Counted from the first letter of the stretch, positions 10,404-24,400 are shown. The stretch: 64,000 nucleotides of DNA from Nemertoderma westbladi (GCA_032718475.1 JAUCBJ010002026.1:11630-75629), one strand, 5' to 3'. Program-made: numbers and translations. Notes: a model not told the origin generated them from the sequence alone.

Positions 10404-13279
10404 CCTAGGATCCCGTCATCATTGAGTTGTGGTGACAGTGCGATCAGCTCACTGTCCCGTCGGAGATGCTGTTGTTTACCGACGCGTTCCACCTCGTCGC
10501 CGTAGTTCTTCCTCTGTTCGTAGCGGATGACTGCCTTGGCCGCTCCCTCCAGATCGACGGTTGTTCTAATTTTTATGTCTTTTCCGACTCCCTTGAGGAA
10601 ATCCCCGAAGGCTCTCCAGTACGCCACTAACTTCTTGGTCTTGTACCAACTAGAGCTGTAGCTAAGGAGTTTGTCCGTTGGGTTATCGCACAGTTCTTCC
10701 GGTTTCGGTTGCACGTCCCTTATCTCCCTCACCATCTGGCTGTATATCTCCTCACCTTCTGAATCTACTCCCTCCTCCTCTAACGCTACTTGTTCTGCGC
10801 CCGGGTCCACCTTTCTCATCGGTGGCCAGGCTGTCTTATCGTTCAGGAATTGCGGCCCATGCTGCCACAATACTTCCTTCTTCAAGAAAGTGTGGCGTGC
10901 CACGCCCCTCGATAACAAGTCCGCTGGGTTCTCGTCCGTTGGGCAGTAGTGCCACCTTTCTAATTCTGTAGTTGCCCTTATTTCGTCCACCCTATTTGCG
11001 ACGAATATAGGGTATCTCGTCCTTTCGTTATGTAGCCAACCGAGCACTACCATGGAATCCGTCCAGTAGTGTGTTTCCACTATGTTGGGAATTGCGTCCA
11101 CTAAGTAGGCTGTGGCCCTAACTCCTAACCTCGCAGCTGTCAACTCGAGTTTCGGAACTGATGCTGAATCTGGTGGCGTCGACTTCGCTTTGCTGAATGC
11201 GAGTCTGGGCTTGTGAGCCCCCTCTCGTTGTACTAAGTAGAGTGCCGCTCCGTATGCCTCTAATGACGCATCGGAGAACATGTGTAAATCCAGATTCGTC
11301 ATGTCCCCATCCGGGAAATACACACGTGGCATGCTGTATGTTCCCATCTGCTCTAAACTCTCTGTCCACTTGCTCCATTGCTTGCTGATCTCTTCCGGGA
11401 CCTCTGTATCCCAGTCGTCCTTTAGTTTGTACACTCTCTTGAGTATCTGTTTCCCCGTGACTAGTAATGGGGATGCTAGGCCTAGGGGATCGTATATCCT
11501 GGCTATGTACGACACATAGCCCCTCTTTGTGTGGATATCTGCGCCCTCCTGACTCAACTGGTATTTTAACTCGTCTGTCTCTCGGTTCCACACGATCCCT
11601 AGTGCCTTCTGTTGGGACTCCACTCTCTTGTTCGCCATGTCCTGTCCCTTGGCTGTCGTGGGATTATCCATGGTCGACTCTGGCCTCCTGTCCTCTATGG
11701 CTTTCATGAACTCTTGCGAGCTGGATTGGAACTTGGTTAGGTTGAACCCGGATCCTTTTAGGATGTCGCGAACCTCGCGCCCCGTGTCCAGTAGTTCCTT
11801 AACCGTATTTCCAGACTCCATCCCGTCGTCTACATAGAAGCCGCGTCGAATCATATCGACGGCTTTGGCGCTGTATTTCTCTTCCTTCCCTTCTACCGTG
11901 TCTCTTACGGCCACAGTCGTTGTAAACGAAGACGACTTGGCTCCCATATTCTGTACTATCATCTTATACATCGGTATGGTCGACGGTTCCTCATCGCCGT
12001 CGTACCATAGGAAGCGCTGACTGTCGCTATCCTCTTCCATTACACGGACTTGGTTGAACATGCCTTCGATGTCGCAGGTGAAAGCGTGTTTACCATTCCT
12101 GAATCTGAGTAGGACCTCGATCCCTGAGTTGTAGATGTTGGGACCCTCCAGCAGATAATCGTTTAGGCATTTGCCGTTGGTTTTAGCCGATGCGTCAACT
12201 ACCATCCGCAGTTTACCTTTCTTCGGGTCTAGAGCCACGTGGAGTGGCAGGTAATAGGTCCTGTCCATGTTTGGTTCGTCGACCGGTAACTCCACGGCCC
12301 ATCCTTTCTCGACATACTTTCTGATTGTCTTGTGAATGTACTCATTCTTCTCGGGGCTCCGTTTTAGCGTCTGCTTCAACTTACGAAGCCTCGTGAGTAC
12401 CATCCCTTTATTGTCGGGTAACGGTAGCTTCGGTAGCTTCCATACCATTCCTATGGTATACCGCCCCTCATCGCATGTCATCGATTCCTTTACACTTTGT
12501 AAAGCCTGCTTGTCTTCTACCGAGGTTCCGACCCCGGTCTCTTTTAATCCCTCAAAATCCTGTCTGAGCAGTCTCCTGAGCTGCTCCTCTGCTCCCTCAT
12601 CTCCCATTTCTCGCATAGTTCCCGCGAACATGCATCCTGATGTCTCCGACATCCTAAATGGTATTTTGCTCCTGATTGGGCCGCTTAGCGTCCACCCGAA
12701 TGGTGTTAATATCGCCACCGGGTCACACTGCCTGTCTTCGCCGAAGACCGTTTGCATTCTCTCGTGGGCCGTCGGGCAGTCCATTCCTACTATGATGGAT
12801 ACCTTCCTAACGTCCACTTCTGGGATTGAGAAGTCGATACTGTCCAGGAATTTGTATTGTTCGACCTCGATGTTGGTTGGCCGCCTGGCGTTGATATTTA
12901 TCGACTCTATCACCTGGATGGGGTCAATGGTCGCCCCATAGTCGCATCCCGGTGCTATCGCTGCTATCGCGCACCGTCCGGTCCTCATCTCCAGAACCTC
13001 ATCTTTGCTGGAGATGGTTGTTACCGCCATTCTACTTGGCCTCGTTCTCAATCCTATCTCTTCGGCCACCCAATCCTCAACTAAGGTGAAGGCTGCACCA
13101 CTGTCGACCAGCATCAGTGTGGTTACTGATCGATTGCCTTCCCCGATTATCCTTACTGGTACTACCCCTAATAGTACCGTTCCTCTCTTCCTCGCCACTA
13201 CGGTGCTTGTTGCCATCGTCTGACCTTTACTTTGACCGAACTTAATTGGCGTTTCCTTGCATTGGTGCTCTATGTCCAC
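10400..13279 (-). pseudogene. Element B protease-RT-RNase H
   Basis: LVDSGAAFT, YYLPLH, LRMVVDAS, CDIEGMFNQV, FYVDDG, FSDAS, PKLELTAA, WTDS, NPADLLSRG. Frameshifted from both gag and integrase. Confidence 0.93.
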
Positions 13280-16200
13280 TCATCACACATCGCGAGCAGA
13301 TTTCATTCCTTCTCGCGTATTCTACCTGATCTTCCCTGGGTAGCGCTTGCCAGTACCTGCAGTTCATGGTCTGATGAAGTGCATTTGTATGTAGTTGGCA
13401 TTTGCTCTTTGGGTTGTAGCCATCCTTATAAAGTGCGTTGCATATCGCACTTATATTTGTACCAAAGTCCCTACTATTCTTATTGTTTGGGTTCGGCCTA
13501 CTGGGCGTGCTGGGGTTATGTTTATTTGTGTTGTTATTTTTCCCCTGTCCGCTCCATGATGTGGTCTTACCCCCGGCTACTTGTGGACTGGTAGTCCCCT
13601 GCATTGCTGCGTACGGCAGTGACTGTCTGAGCTTTGGCAATGCGTTCGACGCGTTGTGCTCTGGTTTCGGCCTGTGGTAATCGGTCTTTGGTCCCTTTCC
13701 CAGGCTATCCTCGCTATAGACTGGGTCCGTTATAAGTTCAGCTTCATAGTTTAAGAAGCTCGACATCTCTTCTAAACCCGGTTCCGCACCCTTCCTATCT
13801 CGAGTGGTGAAAGCGATTTTTCTCCACTTATTGCGCAGCCAAATCGGTAGTGCCTGCGCTATCGTAGTGATGTTGTTAGACGCGTTGAGTTCGTATGGCG
13901 CGTCCAGCGTCTTTAGTACGATTAGTGCCTTCTCGACTTTGTTAGCGAATGTCTTTATGCTAACGGGGTTATCCTGTAGGCCACCCGATGTTATACCTCT
14001 CAGGGTCTGCCGGATGATCTTGGCCGGGTGCCCATATTCCCTGTCTAACGCCCGCCATGCCGTCGTGAAGCCGCCCTCAATGCCCTGGTATTGCCTCATG
14101 ATGTCGTATGCTGGGCCTCCTGTATACACTTGTAGATACTTTAGGCACTCCGCCTGCGTCAAATTTTTTGTTAATATTTCATTACTATACATACGCCGAA
14201 ACTGTAGGTATTCTTCCGGCCTACTTCCATCGAATTTGAATGGTTCCACGGGTGGTAACTCGATCCTGGTCTTTAATGCATCGATTAACGTGGCCATTCC
14301 CATCGCTTGCGCTTCCAATGGGTTCGATGGATGCTGTATAGGTTCTCCCATTGGGTGCGGTCCGTTCGTCCTGTCTGCCGCTTTCCTCTGACTTGGATAT
14401 ATCATTGGGGGTAGCGGCCCCCTCCATATTTCTGTGTCGCACGATCTATTCTCGTCCAAGGGGTTCGATGTTCTTACTCCTATTGGGGTATATTGTTGAT
14501 ATTGTGATGGGGGAATGTCACCCTGTCCCCCCCCCCCCCCCCCACCGGTATGTTTGGTACTGGGGTTGGTGTTAATATAGTGGGGCCCATACACCTATCC
14601 GCAATAATTCGCCCCTCCCCTGGGTATATGTTATGTCCCTGCATGCTGTAGTCATACTGCTGTGCTGGTACCGGTATAGGCCTATCCACTTCTGGCCTAC
14701 CCGCCGGTATGTACTCCGCGACTTCCGGGTTTAATCCCGTCATTCGCGCTATCCTATCGCCTACATTATCTCTCCCAGCATGGCCTATGGTATGTGCAGT
14801 AAGGCCTACAGTATGTCCTGCAGTCTGTATGTGTCGCTCGGGATCAAAGTTTATCCTTCTCGAATAATCCTCCCCGTGGCTACCGTATTCTCGATCGGTA
14901 GGTATATCCCGTCAGGAAGTTTCTCTTTGACCCCCTCTACTGCTCTCGTCCTCGTGCCGGTACATCCTGTACCCCTCTCTCTGCGCGCAATATGCCTCGT
15001 CAGGTCGCGTTTCTCCAGGACGACGGCAATCTCCTGAAGTTCGACCTCACTGACTCTCCGTCTCCACCTCTACTACCGACGGCTCGCTATCCGTCCTCGC
15101 TCTCCTGTCGTTCGCAGCGACACTTCTTCTACTCTCTTCCTTTCTTCTCTCTGTAGTGCAGTATCCCCGGTCGTGAGATCTCTCGTCGACCTCCCGGTTA
15201 AACTCCACTGTTCTTCTTCCCTCCTCTGATTGGGCTCGACATCTCGTCGCCCGCCCTCTCGCGACGTCAACCTGTCTCTCTCTGCCCGATCGCACGCCAC
15301 TGGGGATACTCGTAACCCCCCCTACTATTCTCCATCGCCGGGTGCTGCGGTTCACCTAATTCGCCCCGCGCATTATCCGCCGACGCTTGTGGGACACTCT
15401 TTGCCCCCCCCCCCCCCCGCTCGCTGCTAATCTCTCGTTGTGGGGCTCCTATAGCCCCCCCCCCCACTCGCCACCTATTACTTCACTATCTCTCACCTCA
15501 CCTCTACACCCCTCTCTAGTCGACACACTAACCATACTGCGACTGGGTCTATTCACCCCCGCCTCTCTCTCTGCTACTGTGTGGCCTACCAGGCCCTCTA
15601 CTTCCTGCCTACTAACTACGTGGCCTACCAGGCCCTCATCGGGTTGACTCAACCCCGCTACTTCCTGCCTACTAACTACGTGGCCTACCAGGCCCTTGTT
15701 TGTCGGGCCGTCTGAGCCCGCCGCGTTCATATTAATAGCACCACTACCAGCATGACCTGTTAAATCAATTAAATCCTCCAAATCAATTAAATTATTTTGC
15801 ACACCTAAATTAGAAACGGAATTATTTTGTTCGTTCGAAATAAGATTATTTGAATTATTTGGCGTATTTATATTATTTGAATTATTTTGTACATTTATAT
15901 TATTTGAATTATTTTGTAAATTCAGATTTAGATTATTTGAATTAGGACTATTCGGATTATTTGAATTATTTGTATTTAAATTTAAATTACTACTACTAGG
16001 TAAAATATTTCCTGCAATGAAAGTTTGGTTAGAATTATCCAATACAGTACTATTAATATTAACGTTATCTACTGTATTATTACCCCCCCCCCCCCCCCGC
16101 CCGTACGGTCACACCAGTCCTGGGTCTGTAATGCGGTCCCTGTAAGTGGGGTATTAATAAACGTTTTCCTAACTCCTGGCTCCTCGTAAATACTCGAGCC

Positions 16201-17485
16201 AGTCTCGCTCTCTGATAGCCCCATCTGCGCCAGTTCCAGTCGGCGCTTCTGTTTGGCTTGATATTGAATAAGCCCCCTTAGGCGGGCATGCAAATCATCC
16301 CGCACACGCTTCCCCATTGCCTCTCTTTCCAGATCCTCCCGCGCACTCTGGTCGGCTAATTCCGCCTCTCTCGCGACTCTCTCCAGTCGTCTCACCTCGC
16401 GCTCTTTTCGCTCGCTCTGCTCTCTCGCCTCACGCTCCTCACGTCTATTCTGCTCTCTCGCCTCATTCGCTGCCTCGCGCTCTTCTTGCTCCTTCCTTTC
16501 TATCCTCCCTATTTCCTCGCACTCCTTAAAGCTTCTCGCGACCTTCTCGGCCCTCTCTCTGTTCACTCTAACCAGTTCTTTCTCCTTCTCTAATAATGCA
16601 CTCCCTTCCACTAACTGTCTCTCTAGTTCTCTCTGGTCTAGCGCCGCCAGATCGAGCTGGCACGCCAGATCTATTTCCCGCACCCGTCTTTCTTTTGCGG
16701 AGGATGTAGCAGACTTATCGGTCGCGACGGACTCGCTTCGCCTTCCCGTCCTACTAACTTTCCCCCGCCTCCCGGAATTTTCCCCGACCGACGAGACCGA
16801 ATCCTCGGGGTTAACCTCGGATTCGCTCTCCTGCGGTCTCCTCCAACCCACCAATTTTACTCCCCGGGCATCGACTAAGTATGGCCCTACGTACACTACG
16901 CTAGGTTCCATACCCCTACATTCCCATAGTTCGAACAGTTCGCTGGCAACCCCTCTCGCTCTCTCATCGGCTAGTTCTCCCTGCCCAAAACGCATTAAGT
17001 AATCAAAATGTCTGTTCGACTCACCTAGCCGCTTCTTTAACTTCACCTCGTCTATCTTCGCCCCTCATTTGGCCTCTCTCAGCTGCTTCCGGGTCGCGGC
17101 GTAGGCTCGTCGGAGCCGGTTGCTGACCCCGATGTCCTCATCGCCGACATCTCCTTTATCGCTCCGGGTCCGGCGTCGTACCGGCGGCCCCACCGTCGCC
17201 GTTCCGGTGGGCCGTCCGTCGCCCTCAGCCTGTGGCTGGCCGGCGACATCGGCACGTCGACCGCCGCTGTATGTCGACTCGTCTCTCTCCTCTCCCGACT
17301 CGTCTCTCCCTCCTCTCGACTCGTCTCCTCGTTGTAGACGGCCCCCCTCCTCTTGGATTGCCGGATCGCCTATGGTCGATGAACCCGGCGTCGTGGGTCG
17401 GTACCGTCACGTCGCGGCCTTGCGGATCGTTAGGTCTTTATCATCGTTAGGTCCGCGGCGGTGTCGTCTCTCTTTCTCGACTCAT
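13242..17485 (-). pseudogene. Element B gag (frameshifted pieces)
   Basis: Coiled-coil piece 16069-17046, Asn-rich piece 15449-16042, and BEL gag core 'FKFDGSRPEEYLQF...YLQVYTGGPA...ALDREYG' with Cys/His knuckle 'CSRCVMSGH'. Several breaks lie at or near long C homopolymers. Putative ATG at 17485. Confidence 0.8.
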
Positions 17486-17603
17486 GCTGTTTGACTGTCA
17501 GTTTCTAGTTGAAGTTCCTTTTACTTAGGGCAGCAGTAGCAGGTTCTGATCACTTAGTGCAGCTTGGATCTAATCACTTAGGGCAGCAGTTGGCTCTAAT
17601 CAC

Positions 17604-18171
17604 TGTGACGGGATCCACCGAGGATCCCGGTTTATCCGGTTTCTAATCTACGATCCCCGCCTTGCGTATGTGAAAAGAGTTCTGATTGTTGGTTGATCAA
17701 TGCATATAGATATAAGGGTATGATGAATGATAAGATATAGCACAGTTAAAGTGAATGATGTATAGTGTACTGGTAAAATGGTTTAATATTGTATGGAAGT
17801 AGACGGAGATGTGATTAGAGTTCCGGTACTACCCTAACTAACTGACTTACTGAAGTGAATAAATTGGCACAACGAATGATAATATATATTGCACTGGTTG
17901 GCCGCATTACGTTTCTCAGTTGATGCCTTCCCCCCATTGGCTAATAACTCACTTCTTGCCTCCCATCTCTCTGGGAGTGTTTTCCCTCCCCACTGCTGTT
18001 ATTCTCTCTCTCGGAGGTATAACCTCTGACCCCCTTTGTGTGTTCCCTTAGGGGTTTGTCGCCCCGTTTATTGGGGTGACACGAGGTTGATTGGTAACCA
18101 ACCTCGTGCTCCCAATATTGCTTAAAACCAACTCTGTGTGGGCCTGGTTAGCGGAATTGAATAAGCTAACA
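17604..18171 (-). repeat. 5' LTR of element B
   Basis: Repeat of 4410-4977. TATATA at about 17883-17888 is followed on the minus strand by TCAGT Inr-like motifs at 17853 and 17845. Confidence 0.96.
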
Positions 18172-21100
18172 AAGACAGCATCAGTCCAAAATGTAGTCCT
18201 TGATATTTCAAAATTCAAATATTCAGTCACGTTTTTAGCAACAGTTGTTGCATAGAAACCTGCTTTCAATTCTGCCCTAGGTGGTCGTGTCCTTAACTCT
18301 TTATTCACAATGAGAGCTTTAGAAGCAACCAAGGCTACACGTACATCGTGAGGGGTTTGTACACGCAAGTAAGCTACAATACCTAGTCCAACCTTGCTCG
18401 CATCACTGAAGACATGTAACTGGTACTCATAATTAGGTAGTACATGGCCAAAGTAGGCCCGTGGTACCTTAAAGTCCTCAATTTCTGGCAAAGTCTCCTC
18501 CCAAGCTTGCCAATGGGCCAACAACTTACCAGTCAACGGGTCATCCCAGGAATTGTTTTCTTCCCACATATCCCGAACTATACACCTAGCCGTCAAGATA
18601 CCTGGGCCAATGAAACCAATGGGATCAAAATAGGTGCTTAATATGCTAAGGCATATTCTCTTAGTATGTTTACTCTCACTTCTCACCTGTAGTTTGAATG
18701 ACATTTCATCAGTTTCGGCGTTCCATCTTAAACCTAATGTCTTTGTTTCCGGTAAATCATCACGTGTCAAATCCAGATTTTTCGCACCACGTTCTTAGAA
18801 TGGTATTGAGTCCAGAAACTCTCTGGAGTTGCTAGCGAACTTCGTGAGGTTGAATCCTCCTCGTTTAAGACATTCTACTGTGCCTTTCGCTATGCTTATC
18901 GCCTCCTCAACGGTTGGAACAGACTTCAAGTTGTCATCCATATATATATATCTTTCTTGATATTTTCTAGGACGGCGGGCGAGAAATCATGTTGGTTATC
19001 GTCCGCCGTGGTATGAACAATGAAGCATGAGTTAGATGGGCTGGAATTAATGCCGAACGCTTGTACCGTCATCCAATATTCCTTCAGAGGTTTTCTAAAG
19101 TCTCCATCTGGCCACCAAAAAAACCGGAGGCTATCTCTGTCTACTTGTAGGGCCTTCACTTGTAAAAACATGCCTTCAATATCTGAGGCGAAGGCGATCG
19201 AGTATTGGCGAAGGCGAATCAAGATTCCTAGAAGGGATTGCAACAGGTTGGGACCAGTCATTAATTCTGAATTCAGAGACTGTCCTTTATATAGAGCCGA
19301 AGCATCAAAGACCACTCTCACAGTACCTGGCTTGTCGGGACGTTCCACATAGTGATGAGTTATATAGTATGTCCGATTTGATTCTGGTGTCCTTGTTGGC
19401 ACTTCTTCAGCATACCCTTTTGTGATGAACTTCTCCATCTGTTCCCTATACATGTGCCATGCGTTATGGTTTGCAGCCAATCGTCGCTTTAATTGTTCCA
19501 CTCTCTTCTCTGCTAGAATTCTGTTGTTATGGAACTTGGGATCCTGAGAGCGCCAAAGTAAACCTATTTCATACTTACCTTCATTCTTTAATAATTTTGT
19601 GGTAGTCCGTTGTATGTCACGGGATCGCTCATCTTCAACAGATAAGGCTTTCTCATAAGAGGTTGGTCCCTCCCTTTCTTGTTTCATTATACTTACAAGT
19701 TGTTGCTCAGCATTATATTCAGCCTGAGCTCGCAAGATTTCACTTAATTCGTCATGTTCATCGTTAACAAAATTTCCTTGCAAAGAATTATAATTCTGCA
19801 TTTGATAATTAATATACTGTTCGTCATCAATTAACTCTGTATCAGTCTCATCATTCTCTAGGTCTATGTTTTGGTCATTGTCAGTCGATAAGACATTTTC
19901 AAGTGATGAGTCATAGCTAAGAACTTCGTTTACCTTTATACTTGCTCCGGTTCGTTCTTGTAAGGTTTTCGCTGAAGGTCCCGTACAATACCAACCTATC
20001 TGCGTCCTACATGCATATGGTGCTAAAGGTAAAGGTTTTTTAGGTATCTTCTCCAATATCTCGAGAGCCTCATGTGCATTCTGTCCAATCAGGAGGGAAA
20101 TTCCAGGACTGTCAACATCATAACGGGGTATTTTATGTTCGTTGGTGAATTCGTCTTCATCCCAATTATATAATGGTGCTTGTCCCCTCGTGAGGTTCTT
20201 TATCGCCACCATTTTCACATTGTCCAATGAGTATATATGATCATGATTGGTCGGGGCTGACAGAGCACTAATGCAATAGAACGTTTCCAATGTTGAAGTC
20301 CATTTTTGCATTACACCGGCTAAATTAAGTCGCATGGGATATATTTCGTGGTTGTCCCACAGTGTTTCAGCAAGATCTTTATCTATGAAGGTATTCGTGC
20401 TGCCAGAATCCATTAATGCATTTAGTATAATGCTTCTTTTACCTGCATGTAATCTCACCTGGACTATGGGAAATTCTCTTACTCCTACATTCCTGGACTG
20501 TTTCAGTTTTGTCACCTGATTAACTGATGAGTGTTGTAATGGTGTGATATCGTCTGTTTCCGGGTTTGAGACATAAGTTAGGGCTCTTTCCATCATAACA
20601 TGATACACATTACACGAGTCACTATCATCTGAAAACTCACCTGGATATGGAGAACCTGCCAGTTCGACAGAGTCATACGGATCTTCGCAAGCGTCACTGA
20701 AGTGTACACGTTGTTCCATACTTATAGGGGTGTAAGATTCACTATGTAGCAGAGCATGATGTGAACCGTTACATTTTGGACACTCAATACCTACGATTTT
20801 GCAATCTCTCCTCAAATGACCAAATTTCAAGCATTTGTAGCATGTACGTTGGTTCTTAATAAACCATCTCCTGGATCTTACACTCATCTTTAAAAATTCT
20901 GGGAATTGGTACATTTGACGACTTACCTTTGGGCAAAAGGGGCATGTATTAGGATCTTTATTTGTTACCGTTTTATCATTTGTGTTAGTTACTTGGGATC
21001 GTGGTAGTATCCCATTGGTTGATCTTATATCACGTTGGGTGGAGGTTTGTATATCACCTTTCGTATTTGTCAGTATATGGAGTCGGCTATTGGGTTTACC

Positions 21101-21958
21101 GGTTGGTTTCGAATAGTAGACTTCCTGGCAATCAGATTCCATGTCTTCTCTCAAAGAAATACTGCTATCGTATTCTGGGTCATAGATATTCATAACTCTT
21201 TTTCTGGGAACAATAATGGGTTTCTCGGTTGCTGGTTTGGCCTCACTTCCTCTTTCACGGACATCTCTTTGAAATTGTAGAGTGACTTCATCTTTGAGGA
21301 ATTTAAGGAAGTCTCTCATGGTGACGTCACGCTGTCTATCACGTTTGTTTTGAACAACAAAACGATCCCATCGATTACCAACATTTCCCTTTGGTAGAGC
21401 ACCAGCTATTTTATTGACGACCATGTATTTGTCATACATTTCTCCCTTATTCAACCAATCTAACTGTCTACACAACTCATGGACTTCATCCGAGAACTCA
21501 ACCAAGCCTCCACCTGCTATACATTTCTTTGTAATTAATTTGTCAAACACAAACATCGCAATGGTAGATTGATCACCATACCTTTCAGAAAGTGTGTTCC
21601 ATGCTTCTTGTAACCCTTGAGGATGACCTACATATTTCAGAGCCATTGTTTTTGGGGGTCCCTCTAGACATTCAATGAGAAATCTTAATTTTTCTCCTTC
21701 AGTCAAAATTGAGTTCTGTATATTGTCTTTAAAGTACTCGTGGAAAGGAAGCCATTTCAATGCATCTCCATTAAATTTTATCGTTTCACCTCCAGTTACA
21801 ACCTGTCTCGCCTCAGTTCTGGCCATTTGTCTACTCAGGCTTTCTTGAATTGAGAGGTTAAGAAAAGATGTCGATAAATTACCAAGGCTATCTGGTGGTC
21901 GGGTAACATTAGGTGGTACTTGCATGGGATTAGGGTTCAAGAATGGGTCAATACTCAA
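18172..21958 (-). pseudogene. Element A gag core, protease, RT and RNase H 5' part
   Basis: KFNGDALKWLPF, CYKCLKFGHLRRDC, CPKCNGSHHALLH, LMDSGST, RVVFDAS, SDIEGMFLQV. The YMDD motif is broken by a TA-dinucleotide expansion near 18945. Stop at about 18795, then TLGLRWN and FSDAS. Confidence 0.92.
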
Positions 21959-24400
21959 TAGGTGGTTGATCAGTGTCTCTCATTTGGGTCCTCATGGTTG
22001 CTATGTTTTCTGCATGCATACCATTAGTTTGCGCTGATCTTTGAAGAATGTGTACATTCTGCCCAATTCTAACATTTTCTGATGATGGTAATTGGTTATT
22101 AACCGCAGCTAATGTATCCTTAGCAGTTACTAGTTGTTGTTGAATTCCCTCCAGAACTTGAGTGGAATAATATATTTCATTTTGTTTTCTTTCAAATACT
22201 TTATCATTCTCTCGGAGTTTATTTAGATCAGCTTCCTTCACATTATTTAACCTCAAAATTGCATCTTGTACTCCCTTTAATTTGTTTAGATTTTCTGCAT
22301 ATGTATTTGCAAACTCACCATTATTTCCTAATGTATGTCTTAACTCTGAGATGGTGTCTCGCAGACCCTGTTGCACCCTTTTGCCTTCCTCAATTTGGGT
22401 TCTAGTTATCTCACTATCCATTGGTTTAATAATGTTTTTTGGCCTACATACTTTACCTGTTTCATTGGTCCTCCTTAACTGTTCAGGATGGGCCCCTTGC
22501 TCACCAATGACCACTTCCGACATATCTGCGGATCCATGGGTCTCATTGGTTCCATCAATGGCCAATCTACGGTGACTAATCGGTGACAAACCACTCTCAA
22601 AGGAAACACGCTCATTCTGGGGAACTCTGACTGTGCTGGACATGCATGGGTCACTAATAGTCTTCTCACCTTGTACAAAACTTACAGTAGTATGTTTAGT
22701 CTGGTTCAATCCATGTGTCTTACCTGCGGGTCCAGCCTGAGCTACTGCCGACATAGCTGCAGTTCCATAGCCAGGGTTATTATGATTAAGTTCGGGTGTC
22801 TTACCAGTTACTAGAGTTACCTTTAGTTGTTTATTATTTGATATTTTATTGTTTGTCAATTGAGCTGGAACTGACATATCTGGACCAGGTTCAGCTTCAG
22901 CTTCCTCATCAACATCTATAATGGTAACCAAGGGGGCAGATTGTTTTAGAGAGGATGTGTCACTTTGGCAGACGTCAGAATATGCATGTGGGTTAGATCT
23001 CGGTGGCATATCCGGCATCCGGATTAACGATGCTCGCTTTCTGTGACTGTTCTTGGCCCTCGAGGAATAGACTTTGCTTATGTCACTATCACTTGCACCC
23101 TCATCTGATGAGGTGAAATAATTGGCCTTCCGGGTGATCCGTTTTTTGTCAAGCGAAGAGAATTTCCTTTGTATCTCCTCCCTTTTTCTTGCCATTTCAA
23201 CCTCTGCAGCTAAAGCCGCTTTCTTTCGTTCGAGTTCCAATGCCCTTAATTGGTCGGCCTTAACTTTCTCTGCATCAGCTTCGGCCTTAATTTTCTCTGC
23301 CTCGGCTTCGGCCTTAATTCTATCTGTCTCGGCTTTGGCATTAATTTTATCTGCTTCGGCCTCTAATTCTAGTTCGATCACCTGTTGCTTCCTCCTTTTC
23401 TGAGCAGCATCTAATTCCAGTTGCTCCAAAGCACGCTCTTTGCCCAGTCGGTCAATGTCTTCCAACACCCGTTTAGCTTGTTTACTCCTTGGGTTCAGGC
23501 CCTGCAATCGCCGGCACAATTCTGTTTCTCCCACGATTTCTATTTGATCTGTCAGTTGTGAGATGGCATCTACTGGGACTTCTTGTTTGTATTCTAGAAC
23601 AGATTTGGATAGGACAACCACTTCTTTGAGTAAGTCATTTATCAATTTATCCAAAACAGAATCCTGAAGTCTTAGTGCCACTTCATGGAATGCCGAAAAA
23701 ATTATTATTATACGCAACACTCTCTGCACCACTTCGAAATCTAATGAGGGATCAATAACTTGTGTACTCCGCTCAGCATGGAGTCAAATTTTAAGTTGCT
23801 CAATTTGTTTACTAAAGCCTTGCTTAAATGTTCTCGCCATCCTTTGATAAGTCATGGATTCTGTCACTGATTTTGGCATTTTTAATTTTTGTAAATCTTC
23901 TACAGTAGCATCACCTAGGTTAAAAAACCTGTGTAACTTGGGGAAATTGTGCTGGCGTAATACCTCTCTTTGAAACTCACCTGCAGAATATCCTGCATGG
24001 AGTGTTGATGTTGGTTTATAAGTCTCTATTGCCTCTAGCAGGCGGATTAATTGATTCGGTGGCAGCCTCGTTAAGGGATCTTTAAACGAGGTGTCAGAAC
24101 CAGAACCTTTAGATGAACTGACTTCACTTACACTAGCTGGAATGGATTCAGATTGGGGGTGTGAAGCCTCACCTATTATCGGTCCACCTATTTATTGTAT
24201 TATGAGAGGCCTGGTTACCTTGTATAATTTCATTGTCAGGCAATACAGTCATGTTCATGTCATTTCTGCTGTAAATATCATCCCTGTCATAATTGTAACT
24301 GTCACTACTATAAGTGGGACTTCTTTGTGTTCTGACGTCCACACTTGCTGCTTGTTCTCGCTGGGAAGTCTTATTTTTCCATTAATGCAAGTCTTACTGT
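21948..24400 (-). pseudogene. Element A gag N-terminal region (coiled coil)
   Basis: 594-aa ORF with AEAEKIK repeats and 'FTSSDEG', shared with element C. An upstream broken frame 'KDPLTRLP..HAGYS..HNFP..FNLGDA..EDL' resembles C 46475-47338. The 5' limit is approximate. Confidence 0.7.

Larger units (their letters stand above)
4410..18171 (-). mobile_element. Full-length BEL/Pao LTR retrotransposon B with an extra 3' ORF
   Basis: Two 568-bp TG..CA LTRs; TSD AAGAC at 4405-4409 and 18172-18176; PPT next to the 3' LTR; gag-pol with DSG protease, YVDD RT, RNase H and integrase. Confidence 0.96.

Noticed and set aside
9646-14391. Plus-strand ORFs of 100-200 aa opposite BEL gag-pol (also 41775-42431 and similar)
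   Set aside because: Antisense shadows of coding sequence with no recognisable motifs.
18048-18171. C-terminus of ORF 18048-18770 and N-terminus of ORF 2298-4424 as real protein ends
   Set aside because: They are read-through into B's LTRs at the insertion junctions.
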